Below are positions 41,203 to 51,143 of a DNA stretch of 64,000 nt, one piece after another. This DNA comes from a virus. The stretch is from positions 1 to 64,000 of IMG/VR virus record IMGVR_UViG_3300020182_000023; one strand, 5' to 3'. The position numbers and the translations under genes were made by a program. The notes beneath the pieces were generated by a model. The model ran no database searches. It had not been told where the DNA came from and saw only the letters and a list, made by a program, of their open reading frames with translations. Each line of letters opens with the position of its first letter. Position 1 is the stretch's first letter.

Positions 41203-41277
41203 AAATTTTGTATGTATGTAGAAGTGGGGGATAATATAATATTCAACCCCGCCACCTCCAACAAACCAAACCCGAAT

Positions 41278-42375
41278 CTATTCTGCTTTATTACCGTGAC
41301 CACCAATACCATTCTCTTTCTTGTATTTTGAAATCTTAATCGCTATGTTAGATTGGGATGTTCCTAACTTCTCTGCTATTTTCCATTGTGGCATTGTCTT
41401 ATTCATTTCGTACAATTCTTTATAGTCGTATTTTCTGTTTCTTTTATCTAAGCCGTTAAGCCTAGCGCCAAATCTTTTTATAGCTGTTTCAACAGCCCCG
41501 TCACCACAATTATAATACTCAGTTAGCATTTTTAGCGTGTACCTCTTTTCTACTAAGCTTAAAAACTCATCTTTATCTGCTATACCATAGGGCTTAACAT
41601 AAATATCTTCACTTCTAAGCTCACCATACTTAATAATAATCCTTTTAACAGCACCAACACTAATCTGATACTTATCAGAAATAAACTCTATGCTATTACC
41701 AGATTCGTAGGACTTAGAAAAAACCTTACCCCTACAATCTTTGTAGTTGATATTTCGAGTTATCCGTACAATAGTAGGAGGAGATACATTAAACATATCA
41801 GCTATTTCCGTATTACTAACCAACTCTTCAGAATAAAGCCTTTTAATTTCCCGCTGCTCATCATAGGAGAAATTAGTAAACTTATCCTTAATAACCCTAT
41901 TACTCCTACCATCAAATACGCCTAGTTCAACCAACAGTGATTTAATAACAGCGCTTGATACATTATACTGATTAGCTATATAAGTTATAGGGTAAGACTC
42001 ATACATATCAACTATATTCTTCTTGTCAGAATCACTAAACGAATACTTAGTCCCAGATAAGTAACCAGCATCTTTCTGCCTTTTTCTATTTTCCTCTGGA
42101 GTAACCCACTCTAAGTTACTAGAGGCATTATTAAGCCTATTAAAGTCCTTATGGTCAACTTCGTGTCTATCGCTAGGAGGTAGCCCATTAAAAGCTAGAC
42201 AAACAAGTCTATGTACATACTGAGAGTGCCTGCCCTTTTCATTATGCCTAACTCCAACGGATAAGTACTTACCACCCTTTAATTGAGGCTTTAGTACATT
42301 ACCTCTCTTCTTATTATAAACATTTCCTAATTCATCTACTTGGTACTTATCGTACATTGGTATATTCTTTTTCAT
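41278..42375 (-). CDS. HNH homing endonuclease with multiple HTH repeats
   Basis: VHRLV..F..VDHKD.NRLNN..NLEWVT..EN; five HTH-like units. Confidence 0.85.
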   Translation of the reverse strand: MKKNIPMYDKYQVDELGNVYNKKRGNVLKPQLKGGKYLSVGVRHNEKGRHSQYVHRLVCLAFNGLPPSDRHEVDHKDFNRLNNASSNLEWVTPEENRKRQKDAGYLSGTKYSFSDSDKKNIVDMYESYPITYIANQYNVSSAVIKSLLVELGVFDGRSNRVIKDKFTNFSYDEQREIKRLYSEELVSNTEIADMFNVSPPTIVRITRNINYKDCRGKVFSKSYESGNSIEFISDKYQISVGAVKRIIIKYGELRSEDIYVKPYGIADKDEFLSLVEKRYTLKMLTEYYNCGDGAVETAIKRFGARLNGLDKRNRKYDYKELYEMNKTMPQWKIAEKLGTSQSNIAIKISKYKKENGIGGHGNKAE

Positions 42376-42708
42376 ATATTATATTTTTGTAGGTACAAAT
42401 ATAAGAAAAATAATTTAAATTTTGTGTGTATAGAGGGGTGTGGTATAATAAATAGTTCAATGCCCGCCTCAAACCCAATAAAAAACGGCTCAATATTACC
42501 CGAGTGGGTCAATATTTCAACTTCAAAAACATAACCACCACCACTACATTACACCACGTTACACCATAGCATTTATATCTACATTCCTTGCCTATGCTAT
42601 GCGCTTGATGCTATTGTATTTAACATTTATTAACAATGTATGTATCTTTTTTATATTACATTTGTCGCAGTATCCGATGTTGGATGCTACAATTTAATAC
42701 TATATATT

Positions 42709-42960
42709 ATGAATATTGAAATAGAATACTTGAGAACGGACAAATCGCCTTGTTACGGTGGATTCAATGTACAGAACGTTTACGAAGTGAACACCGTGAC
42801 AAATGGCTTTAGTAACCGATATACCGTATTTTGCAGGATTGCAGGCTTAAACGGTGGTCAAATATGGAATGAGCCAGTAAGCTACGAAGCGCACGGCAAT
42901 AACGAAGAGACGCTTATCGAAAGTGCTGTATTTGATATTTTCGAAGATAACATAGGGTAA
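42709..42960 (+). CDS. Early hypothetical protein
   Basis: Start moved to ATG 42709, after promoter TACATTTG and a hairpin. Confidence 0.55.
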   Translation: MNIEIEYLRTDKSPCYGGFNVQNVYEVNTVTNGFSNRYTVFCRIAGLNGGQIWNEPVSYEAHGNNEETLIESAVFDIFEDNIG

Positions 42961-43013
42961 ACAAACACAAAGCCCCGTTCATATTGTTCGGGGCTAATTT
43001 AATACTAAACAAG

Positions 43014-43220
43014 ATGACAAATTCAAAAGGACAACCGTTAACCTTTGGTTTCAGGTCAAACACAAAGGTATTGAAGTACAAAAGCAAAAGAGCTACAAAC
43101 AAGCTGGTAGACTCTTACAATGAAGCTAAAATAGACGCATACAAGGCGCATTGGGATAGCTTTAATACTGACCTATATAAGGAATTAATTGCAATTAAAT
43201 TAAATAGTTTAAACAGATAG
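43014..43220 (+). CDS. Early hypothetical protein
   Basis: ORF after hairpin AGCCCCG/CGGGGCT; start at MTNSKG. Confidence 0.5.
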   Translation: MTNSKGQPLTFGFRSNTKVLKYKSKRATNKLVDSYNEAKIDAYKAHWDSFNTDLYKELIAIKLNSLNR

Positions 43221-43381
43221 GATTATGAAAACTTATTATTTCAAAGTAACGAATAACGGATTGACAAAATTAGTAGGGATGTGCGCTAGCTCTAAAAAGA
43301 AAGCAATGAAGTATGTATTAAGACATCCTTCGTTCAACAATCCAATAGTAAAACATATGTAAACCCCTAAACACTAAAAAC

Positions 43382-43416
43382 AAAAGCCTTGCTATTAATT
43401 TAGCAGGGCTTTTTTT
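43382..43416 (+). terminator. Intrinsic terminator
   Basis: AAAAGCCTTGCTA/TAGCAGGGCTTTTTTT. Confidence 0.85.
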
Positions 43417-43983
43417 ATGCGCTAAACTTTCTGTTCATACATTCTATTTAGTAAACAAATTAGCCGTAAAAATATCTCTTATTCAATATCTAATATTTGA
43501 CACGATGACTTTTTTAAGGGGCTAAAATAGTCATGCATAATTTTAAAATAACCGTCAAACCTATGCTGTCATTGGTCTGTAGAAGGTTTTGGGTTTTGAC
43601 TTTTGTTACGACCTTATATAGGTAGTAAAAGTTTTTTTTGTTTGTTGATGTGTTTAGGTGTAAATAGGGTATAATTCCACACACACAAACTACTCACATT
43701 TAAACCAAATACAATATTTAGCCAAGTCAAGAATATAATTATTTTGTCCTATGTTTAGTACATTATGTTAAGTAGAGTAACTCTATTGAGTATATTATTA
43801 TTCATTAGATTGGTTATTTTTATTGCTATTTATAGCGTATTCTATTAGTTTAATTCTAGTTTAGAATATAAACCAAGTGAATAACAGCAAGTTAGATGTT
43901 TATATGTTAACGAATGTTAAAAAGTATTGCGTATTGAAATATTGGTTGTAGTATTGCTTTCGTAAACAAATAAACAAAACAAG

Positions 43984-44163
43984 ATGAAAAAGTATAAACA
44001 AAATTTAAGAGTAGAAAACAAAAAAGTGTTTAGTTACAATACGCACGTTGCAACAATTGAGAGTGATAATTTAATGCAGTTGGGCTATTGGTCTATGACT
44101 ACTCAGAAGCACATTAACTATGTGGCAAACGAATTTAATTTAAATTTAGTTAAGCCTAGTTAA
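43984..44163 (+). CDS. Small early protein
   Basis: Manual: MKKYKQNLRVENKKVFSYNTHVATI..YWSMTTQKHIN; SY.T.VA..S.TT.KH pattern common in phage early genes. Confidence 0.7.
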   Translation: MKKYKQNLRVENKKVFSYNTHVATIESDNLMQLGYWSMTTQKHINYVANEFNLNLVKPS

Positions 44164-44208
44164 ACACTTTATAGCCTTATTAGGCGCAAAATATTAAAAA
44201 CTATAATA

Positions 44209-44436
44209 ATGAAAACACTAGTTGACGAAATGACGGGGCGAAAAGATTTTCCAATATTCAATGGAAGTGATGAAAATATTTGTAAATGGGTTAATTCAAA
44301 CATTGATTCAATGGAAGGCTTAAATGAACCTCATTCATGTACTGCTGAGTTAATAGACGGTACTATATGCATAATCGGAGATGAAGATTTAAGAGAACTA
44401 AGAATTGTAAGAGTAGAAACTATTGATGTTAATTAA
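44209..44436 (+). CDS. Acidic early protein
   Basis: ORF track. Confidence 0.6.
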   Translation: MKTLVDEMTGRKDFPIFNGSDENICKWVNSNIDSMEGLNEPHSCTAELIDGTICIIGDEDLRELRIVRVETIDVN

Positions 44437-44502
44437 CAATTTTTAACACTAACATACAAAACAAATAAACTACATTTGAATAATTAAACAAAATAAAAGA
44501 TT

Positions 44503-45165
44503 ATGAAAACTTATATTCAAAAAAAGATTGAGAAAATAATGCAAACGTCAACGGGTAAATCAATGTGCGACAGCGGAGGCGAAAACGGTAGACACTGGCA
44601 AAGGAATCAAAACAGAAAGCTAAACTTTAATGAGGATATAAAGTTAGATGAGTACGGGGCAATTATTCCTATTCATGTTTATATGAATACAATGTTTGAG
44701 TGTGATGATGTTACGGCTATGTTCAACCGTAAATTAAGCAAGGGTTATTTTTGGGTTCAAGATGCGTTTGATGTATTGTCTGAGTCTTTTGAATTAGATG
44801 CTGATGGATATTTATGTTCAAGTGAGGCTAACAACACTTACAACAGCGAAAACAACCTTTCGCAAAACTTTCAGTACCAATTAATAGGCTTTAACGGTGA
44901 TGTATATTGCTTATTTCAATTGCATCAAGGTGCGGATATTAGAGGCGGATATACAAGCACGCAAGTATTCAAAGTTAACGACCCTGACTACTTTTTTATA
45001 GGTTGGTCGGTTGACTTTTACGATAATAGTAACGATGAGCAATTTGAATGTTTTTATTCAATTGGTGATGATGAAAGGTACGAACTGAACGAATCAAAAC
45101 AATGCTTTATAAATAAAGAAACAAGTGAAGAGGTTTATCCTTATTCATCCGCAACGGGTTATTAA
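44503..45165 (+). CDS. Conserved acidic early protein
   Basis: DSGG..GRHWQRNQ, NTYN.E..LSQ.FQ, H.GADIRGGYT motifs. Confidence 0.7.
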   Translation: MKTYIQKKIEKIMQTSTGKSMCDSGGENGRHWQRNQNRKLNFNEDIKLDEYGAIIPIHVYMNTMFECDDVTAMFNRKLSKGYFWVQDAFDVLSESFELDADGYLCSSEANNTYNSENNLSQNFQYQLIGFNGDVYCLFQLHQGADIRGGYTSTQVFKVNDPDYFFIGWSVDFYDNSNDEQFECFYSIGDDERYELNESKQCFINKETSEEVYPYSSATGY

Positions 45166-45233
45166 TATAATTTAACTTTTCAATACATAAACAATTATAT
45201 ACATTTGAATTATTAATTTTAAAACAAAACAAA

Positions 45234-45584
45234 ATGAAAACAATTAAAGAATTTTTAGGAACACTTACAACAGAATTAGACCTTCAATATAATTATCAAG
45301 ATGATATGACCTTTGGAGAATTTGAAGAGGCTATTGATACCTATATTAGAGAATCAAGCGATGTTATTTACTACTCTAAAGCGATGGAGTTTTTACAGGA
45401 ACATGACCCTAGTTTGAGAGAAAGTTTAGGGCTTGCATCGGATTTAGGATATGACCCTAGCGACTTAAATAGCGAAATTTTAGCCACGCTATTAAACCAA
45501 CAGAAACTATTTGAAGAGTGGAGCGAATTATCCAGCGAAATAGAAGAGTATTTTGATGAATATAAAAAATACCTTGAATTATAA
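45234..45584 (+). CDS. Ocr-like acidic DNA-mimic candidate
   Basis: 116 aa, strongly acidic, helical; central VIYYSKAM resembles T7 Ocr VPHYYADIF. Confidence 0.45.
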   Translation: MKTIKEFLGTLTTELDLQYNYQDDMTFGEFEEAIDTYIRESSDVIYYSKAMEFLQEHDPSLRESLGLASDLGYDPSDLNSEILATLLNQQKLFEEWSELSSEIEEYFDEYKKYLEL

Positions 45585-45700
45585 GGGGAGAAGGAAGAAA
45601 TTTAAAACTTTTGTTTTGTTTATATCCGTCTAACATTGGGATGTTCTGTCCCTTTGTTTTAGGCGGGGAATTAACAAGGCAAGTAAATAAAATAAAGATT

Positions 45701-46204
45701 ATGAAAACAAATATTAGAATATCAACAGACTATTACGGTCAAGGCGCATACAACGAATTTAGAGACGAAATAAACTACTTAGTCAATGAATGTATTGAAT
45801 GTTATTGCGAAGTAAAAAACAATTCGCTTGTTAATCAAGTTGAAGAAGAAAAAAACTACATGACCTACAAAGGGCAGTTTAAAAACAAAACTATCGTGGA
45901 GGCGAAGGGATACTCTCAAGGAAACTGGCAAACATACACTTTGCATCATAACCTAGATGAAAATAACGATGATTTAATGCGCTTAGTTGATGAGCTTGAA
46001 AAAAGCTTTACGCATATGAACGACTACACGGTCGAAAAGTTTGAAAGCGAAGAAATAAATGGCAAAGTATTCAATGCAGAACCACACGACTACACAAACT
46101 TTTCAATAAGGCACATTGAGTTTCCTGATGAAGATGACGTATTGAAGGAATATTTAGAAATATATGGAAAAGATTTTGACGAATGTATAACTGATTTAAA
46201 ATGA
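45701..46204 (+). CDS. Acidic early protein
   Basis: GYSQG.W motif; start moved to ATG 45701. Confidence 0.65.
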   Translation: MKTNIRISTDYYGQGAYNEFRDEINYLVNECIECYCEVKNNSLVNQVEEEKNYMTYKGQFKNKTIVEAKGYSQGNWQTYTLHHNLDENNDDLMRLVDELEKSFTHMNDYTVEKFESEEINGKVFNAEPHDYTNFSIRHIEFPDEDDVLKEYLEIYGKDFDECITDLK

Positions 46205-46482
46205 AAGCAAGAATTACTAAACACGGTCAACACTTAAACGGTTGGTATATATACCTAGAAAATTGTGATGATTGGTTAAATTATAATCCTCACTTCGGAA
46301 AGGAATTTAATGTGTATTCCAGCGATGGAATTATTTACATAGAGAAACCATTTTTAAATTTTTCAGGAACATTAAGGAAACTATCAAAAAAAGGAAGGTT
46401 TTATTTAACATCAGACGAATTAGAAGAAGGAATATATACAATAATAGAAATTGACAGCGAAACACTAGAAATAGATTTATGA
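46201..46482 (+). CDS. Hypothetical protein
   Basis: ORF coupled to the upstream gene. Confidence 0.6.
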   Translation: MKARITKHGQHLNGWYIYLENCDDWLNYNPHFGKEFNVYSSDGIIYIEKPFLNFSGTLRKLSKKGRFYLTSDELEEGIYTIIEIDSETLEIDL

Positions 46483-46605
46483 AAACATTTAACAGACTAA
46501 GCATATTAACATTTATTATTTTGGTAGGTGGATTTATTGCAATAAGTTTGTGTTTGTTATAACGTTGAGTGTAGTGCGGATTATTAACAAATAAATTTAA
46601 TTGAA

Positions 46606-46882
46606 ATGGCTGAAATTAATTATAGTAAAGAGAATTGTTGGAGAATAAAATACATTCCCAATAGATTGCACTAAAGAAAAAAATAGACATGGTGATTGGC
46701 GAATTGTAGTACCCAAAATGGCAATGAGTTATGACGTTTTTATTGATATAGAAACATCTATTACACACATGGAAAGTTATGGTATTAGATACAATTACAT
46801 AGAGGGTGTCGCTAGTATGAATGTAACGGATAAAGGACTAAAAGAATTACAAGAAATGACTGACGTTATACGCATAGTTTAG
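46606..46882 (+). pseudogene. Frameshifted cassette ORF
   Basis: MAEINYSKENCWRI.. continues in another frame as ..FPIDCTKEKNRHGDWRIVV..VIRIV*; could be a sequencing error. Confidence 0.5.
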
Positions 46883-46891
46883 CATTACACA

Positions 46892-46981
46892 AAACGGGTA
46901 GGTATATGATTAGTGTGCGATTGCACTAACCTTTGAATTAAAACAAATATTAACTAAGCACATTAACTATATACATTGTTA
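46892..46981 (+). repeat. attC-like palindrome, long type
   Basis: AAAC; arms GTATATGATTAGTGTGC / GCACATTAACTATATAC; ATT-GTTA. Confidence 0.75.
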
Positions 46982-47004
46982 GGGTGCGTTTAAATTAAAT
47001 TATT

Positions 47005-47208
47005 ATGACTTACGAAGACTTTTTATTCTCACAATTATTTATGAACCACGTTGAGAATAACGAAACACAATATCAAGAACTTGAATATGACTTGATATTC
47101 CCCGAAGTATTAAAGCACCAAAATCTATTCTTAAAATCTAATTACAATTTAGACGTTTGTAGCGAATACGATTGCATAGTAAACTACCTTCTTAATGAAG
47201 TGAAGTAA
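47005..47208 (+). CDS. Acidic cassette protein
   Basis: ORF bounded by GTTAGGGT and ACCCTAAC. Confidence 0.7.
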   Translation: MTYEDFLFSQLFMNHVENNETQYQELEYDLIFPEVLKHQNLFLKSNYNLDVCSEYDCIVNYLLNEVK

Positions 47209-47215
47209 TGAACCC

Positions 47216-47303
47216 TAACGTTTAGTATAAGATTAGTGCGCTAAACTATAAACTTTGAATTAAGCACTAACATAACCAAGCGCATTAATTTTATACATTG
47301 TTA
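47216..47303 (+). repeat. attC-like palindrome, long type
   Basis: TAAC; arms GTATAAGATTAGTGCGCT / AGCGCATTAATTTTATAC; ATT-GTTA; homologous to 46892. Confidence 0.8.
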
Positions 47304-47324
47304 TGCGCTTTTAATTAAATTATT

Positions 47325-47510
47325 ATGGACTACAAATTAATTGACAACATTGAAGTAGATGGAATAGACACTAAAGACTATCCAGATTTTTGTGACGCAT
47401 TTATAGCAAGTGCGAAATATAATGGAAAACCAATGACTGACGAGCAATTAGATGAATTAAATGAGGATGGCGGATTTGTTTATAAATGTGTGGAAAATCA
47501 TTTGTTCTAA
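47325..47510 (+). CDS. Acidic cassette protein
   Basis: GID..DYPDFCDAFI..A..G..MTDEQLD family; bounded by GTTATGCGC and GCGCATAAC. Confidence 0.75.
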   Translation: MDYKLIDNIEVDGIDTKDYPDFCDAFIASAKYNGKPMTDEQLDELNEDGGFVYKCVENHLF

Positions 47511-47517
47511 TTGCGCA

Positions 47518-47604
47518 TAACACCAAGCTAAGAAACGTAAAGCGCAGCACAATGTTTAATCTTAGCACAATACTATATTGCTTTATGGTGTATAGGTTGT
47601 GTTA
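47518..47604 (+). repeat. attC-like palindrome, hybrid
   Basis: First 27 nt identical to the 54107 element; ends GTGTTA. Confidence 0.65.
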
Positions 47605-47720
47605 GCAAATCGTTTAATTATGAATTTACAAGCAACAGATATATTATTAGCAGTATTTAAAGCAATAGCAATTACATTTTACATTTGCTCAATGGTTTTA
47701 TTTTTAATATACTTAGCATT

Positions 47721-47912
47721 ATGAATGATTTAAACAAGGCAGATATTATTTCGCACGGCGAGATATTGAAGAAGGAACTAGAACAACAAGGAGCAAAAGA
47801 ATTAACAGCTCACAGCGATTTAGGAGTGGCTTTAACGGCTAAACAAATGGATTTGGTGTGTGAGTATAAAGAAGTAATTAAAACGCTTAAACAATTAAAA
47901 AAAAAGATATGA
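47721..47912 (+). CDS. Hypothetical protein
   Basis: ORF; start moved to ATG 47721. Confidence 0.5.
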   Translation: MNDLNKADIISHGEILKKELEQQGAKELTAHSDLGVALTAKQMDLVCEYKEVIKTLKQLKKKI

Positions 47913-48036
47913 TATACAAATTTATATATTGGTTAATGCTTGCTTCATTAGGAGCATTAGCTTGGGGAGTTATTATAGGGTTTATTTATACCGTCCTTTG
48001 TGGGATGGCGGAATTTATAGGATTAATTTAAATACC

Positions 48037-48136
48037 TATATTTGCAACCTAAGAGCGTGAGACCTCAACTTAAAACATTTAGATAATTCCTTGCCGAGAA
48101 CCCTTCGGTCTCACGCCTTCTTGGTGGGGGATTATC
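48037..48136 (+). promoter_or_regulatory. Promoter + kissing-loop 5' leader (copy 2)
   Basis: TATATTTG; GAG-CGTGAGAC-CTC hairpin; loop TCTCACG inside a 19-bp stem with 5 G:U. Confidence 0.7.
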
Positions 48137-48154
48137 GACTTTATTATAATTATT

Positions 48155-48640
48155 ATGGCTGATAGAACACACGGAATGTCTAGCACTAGGGAATACAAGG
48201 TATGGAAGACTATAAAAGATAGGTGCTATGGAATTAATAGCGATTGCTATGACAGATACGGAGGCAGAGGTATAGTTATGCAGTATAATTGGATTAACAA
48301 CTACATAGAATACTATAATTATGCAAGTAAGATAGATGGATTCTCAGACCCTAATAAATCAATAGATAGAATAGATTCTAATGGAAACTACGAAGAGGGT
48401 AATATTAAATTCTCTACCCCTAGTCAACAATGCGCTAATAGAAGGCTATTCAAGAACTCTAAATCAGGCTACACTGGCGTAGTTAAAAAAGGAAAGAAAT
48501 ACGAGGCTACCATAAGCGTTAACGGTAAAAGGATATATATAGGAAGGCATAAAGACCCTAAAGTATTGGCTATAATGAGAGACGAATATATAATCAAAAA
48601 CAATCTTACCGAGTACCCACTTCAAATTTTAAATAGATGA
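48155..48640 (+). CDS. HNH-AP2 homing endonuclease
   Basis: W..IKDRC..YGGRGI, SIDRID.NGNYE.GN, SGY.GV..YIG AP2 domain. Confidence 0.85.
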   Translation: MADRTHGMSSTREYKVWKTIKDRCYGINSDCYDRYGGRGIVMQYNWINNYIEYYNYASKIDGFSDPNKSIDRIDSNGNYEEGNIKFSTPSQQCANRRLFKNSKSGYTGVVKKGKKYEATISVNGKRIYIGRHKDPKVLAIMRDEYIIKNNLTEYPLQILNR

Positions 48641-50595
48641 ATAAAGTATCAGTATTCAAGCACTATAAAGACACTCACAGCCCTATACACGCAGATGTAT
48701 TTGGTATCTTAGAAAAGATAAAGACTGGAGGTAACGAGAAAGAACTAATCGAACACATAAGAACCTTAGAAGGTGATGAATATAAGAAAGAGAAACTAAA
48801 ACTGCCGTTAATTTGCTTTGGTGGTACGTTTGGGAATAGAAGTAAAGACGGAATTATTAACGGTTCGGGTATGATTCCATTAGATTTTGATGAAGGCACT
48901 GAGGATGAACTTAATGAACTTAGAAAAACATTAGAGTCTCAGCCATACACAATAGCAGTATTCTCTTCGCCACGTTTAAGAGGTAGATTTAAAGCTCTTA
49001 TACGCATCCCTGTTACATCTTCGGATGAAGAGTTCAAAAAGTATTTTGCCGCCTTAAAAAAGGAGTATAAGACCATAGACCCTAGTGGTAAAGATATTTC
49101 CAGAGCATCGTTCTTCACCTACGACCCTGATATTTACATTAACAAAGATGCTACGGTGTGGGATATTAAATACGAAACACCTAAGCAAAAGAAAACAACA
49201 GAAAGATATACAGTTAGAGATTGGGATTCTGTTACCAATGCACTAAAGAAAATCGAGACAGCAGAAGATGGGTATAAGCATTTAGCTAGAACTAAGATTG
49301 CATATTTAATGGGAGGTTGGATTAGCGCAAAGCAAATTAACTACCAAGAGGCAATGAAATTATTAGAGGATGCCGTTGCTAAGAATACAACAGACCTTGA
49401 TGCTGCAATGAAAACCGTTAAGGATTGTGTACAAGCAGGAATGAACGCCCCACTTAATATGTCAGAGCAAAGAGAGGTATTAAAACTATCCGTTGCAGCC
49501 CCTAGAAGGTATAAGCCTATGTCTGAGGTATGGGATGATGTACAGAATTTCTATGAAACGGGCTATAAGCGTGGTTGGGATGTTGGGTTTAATTGTGCTA
49601 AAGAATATCTTAGCATCTTAGAGGGTAGTACTAGTTATGTTTATGCTGCGCCTGCTGCTGGTAAAACTCAGGTTTGGATGGAGATACTTATGAATATAAC
49701 CATTGACAGAGTTAGGAGTGGGGAAGATTTTTACAATCAAATATTCACGCCCGAAACGGGAGATGTAGCACAAGTGTATGGGGAGTTAATTAGTATTCAC
49801 GCTAAGAAATCTTTTGTTGGTAAATATAAGATGTCGGAAGATGAAATGAAAGCATCTGCTGATTTTGTATCTAAGTACTTTTTGATATTAGACTACGAAG
49901 GAGATACGGCTGATATGAAAGGAATATTAACACAAGTGGAGGCTGCTGAAAGAGAATTTGGAATACATATTAATACGGTTACTATTGACCCGTTAAACTA
50001 CCTATCTTTTGATGAGGGTAGATATAGTAGAAGGGATTTATCCATTGCTAAGGATTTAGATTTATTCCTTGCTGATGCCCGAAAAAATAAAAGGCATAAC
50101 TGTATAATAACCCATGCACGCGACCAGCAAGCAATTAAAAATAATGATGGTCAATGGTATTATCCGTTAGTCAGCCCTAGAATGATTTTAGATGGGCAAC
50201 AGTTTTTTAGAAAAGGTATGTTAATGATTAGTATATACAGACCATTAGATATAAAGAATGAGCCTTTAGCTGATGATAACGGTTATCCCGCAGAGCAGAA
50301 CGAAACCCAAGTATGGATACAGAAAGCTAAACCTAAAGGCTGCGCTAAGGTAGGTATGTTTAAATTATTCTACGACTTTAAGGCTAATAGATATTACGAG
50401 AAAGACGAACAAGGTAGAGAGTTCTTTGCTTGGGGAGTACCTAGACAGCAAGAAGATAAATTTCCGCCAATACAAAAGGAGATAAAGCAAATACCCCCCG
50501 TTAAGAAAGAAGAGGACTCATTAAAAGCTAACACAAGTTTTGATGAGCCAACCCCAATAATAGATGATATTGAAATAATGGAATCCCCATTTTAA
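48637..50595 (+). CDS. Primase-helicase (VirE/BT4734-like N-terminus + SF4 helicase)
   Basis: K.KLP..GTF..LDFD..F.SP..KAL..D.SG.D.SR..DP; Walker A AAPAAGKT, IDP Walker B, ITH, QKAKP. Confidence 0.85.
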   Translation: MNKVSVFKHYKDTHSPIHADVFGILEKIKTGGNEKELIEHIRTLEGDEYKKEKLKLPLICFGGTFGNRSKDGIINGSGMIPLDFDEGTEDELNELRKTLESQPYTIAVFSSPRLRGRFKALIRIPVTSSDEEFKKYFAALKKEYKTIDPSGKDISRASFFTYDPDIYINKDATVWDIKYETPKQKKTTERYTVRDWDSVTNALKKIETAEDGYKHLARTKIAYLMGGWISAKQINYQEAMKLLEDAVAKNTTDLDAAMKTVKDCVQAGMNAPLNMSEQREVLKLSVAAPRRYKPMSEVWDDVQNFYETGYKRGWDVGFNCAKEYLSILEGSTSYVYAAPAAGKTQVWMEILMNITIDRVRSGEDFYNQIFTPETGDVAQVYGELISIHAKKSFVGKYKMSEDEMKASADFVSKYFLILDYEGDTADMKGILTQVEAAEREFGIHINTVTIDPLNYLSFDEGRYSRRDLSIAKDLDLFLADARKNKRHNCIITHARDQQAIKNNDGQWYYPLVSPRMILDGQQFFRKGMLMISIYRPLDIKNEPLADDNGYPAEQNETQVWIQKAKPKGCAKVGMFKLFYDFKANRYYEKDEQGREFFAWGVPRQQEDKFPPIQKEIKQIPPVKKEEDSLKANTSFDEPTPIIDDIEIMESPF

Positions 50596-50606
50596 AACAA
50601 ATAATT

Positions 50607-50846
50607 ATGAAAAAATTAACAAAAATACATTACGAAAAGAACATCCTACCAACGTATTCAGTCGAATGGAAGGAAGTTCTTAAGGATGACGAAACAAACA
50701 AAAAGTTTATAGAAATAGCTAATGAATCAGTAGTAAATGAACTTAAGATTAAAATAAAATTACTGAAATTAATGCCAACTCCAGATGAGTATAAAAAGGA
50801 AGCATTGAGCTACTTGGAATCAATGTTAAATGAGTATACTATTTAG
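50607..50846 (+). CDS. Hypothetical protein
   Basis: ORF track. Confidence 0.55.
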   Translation: MKKLTKIHYEKNILPTYSVEWKEVLKDDETNKKFIEIANESVVNELKIKIKLLKLMPTPDEYKKEALSYLESMLNEYTI

Positions 50847-50918
50847 ATTACATTAATAAATGTTAAAAAGCTTGTCAATCAGAAAGTTAAATAATATATT
50901 TGAGTAAAATTTAGAGAT

Positions 50919-51143
50919 ATGAGCTTAACTAAAAGAAACATAGAGCAATTTAATTCTGGCTACGATGGAATGGATGATGAATACTTCTATCGCAAAGCAC
51001 AAGAAGCAGAATACAGAGAAATGACAAATGAAATACCGTACTTACAGCGACTTAGGATTGAAGATGGAAAGCTTAAACAAGCTATCGAAGCATCAGCTAG
51101 AGCAGCTACTGGAAGTAATGACAAGGCATCACGGTTACATTAA
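50919..51143 (+). CDS. Hypothetical protein
   Basis: ORF after TATATTTG. Confidence 0.5.
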   Translation: MSLTKRNIEQFNSGYDGMDDEYFYRKAQEAEYREMTNEIPYLQRLRIEDGKLKQAIEASARAATGSNDKASRLH

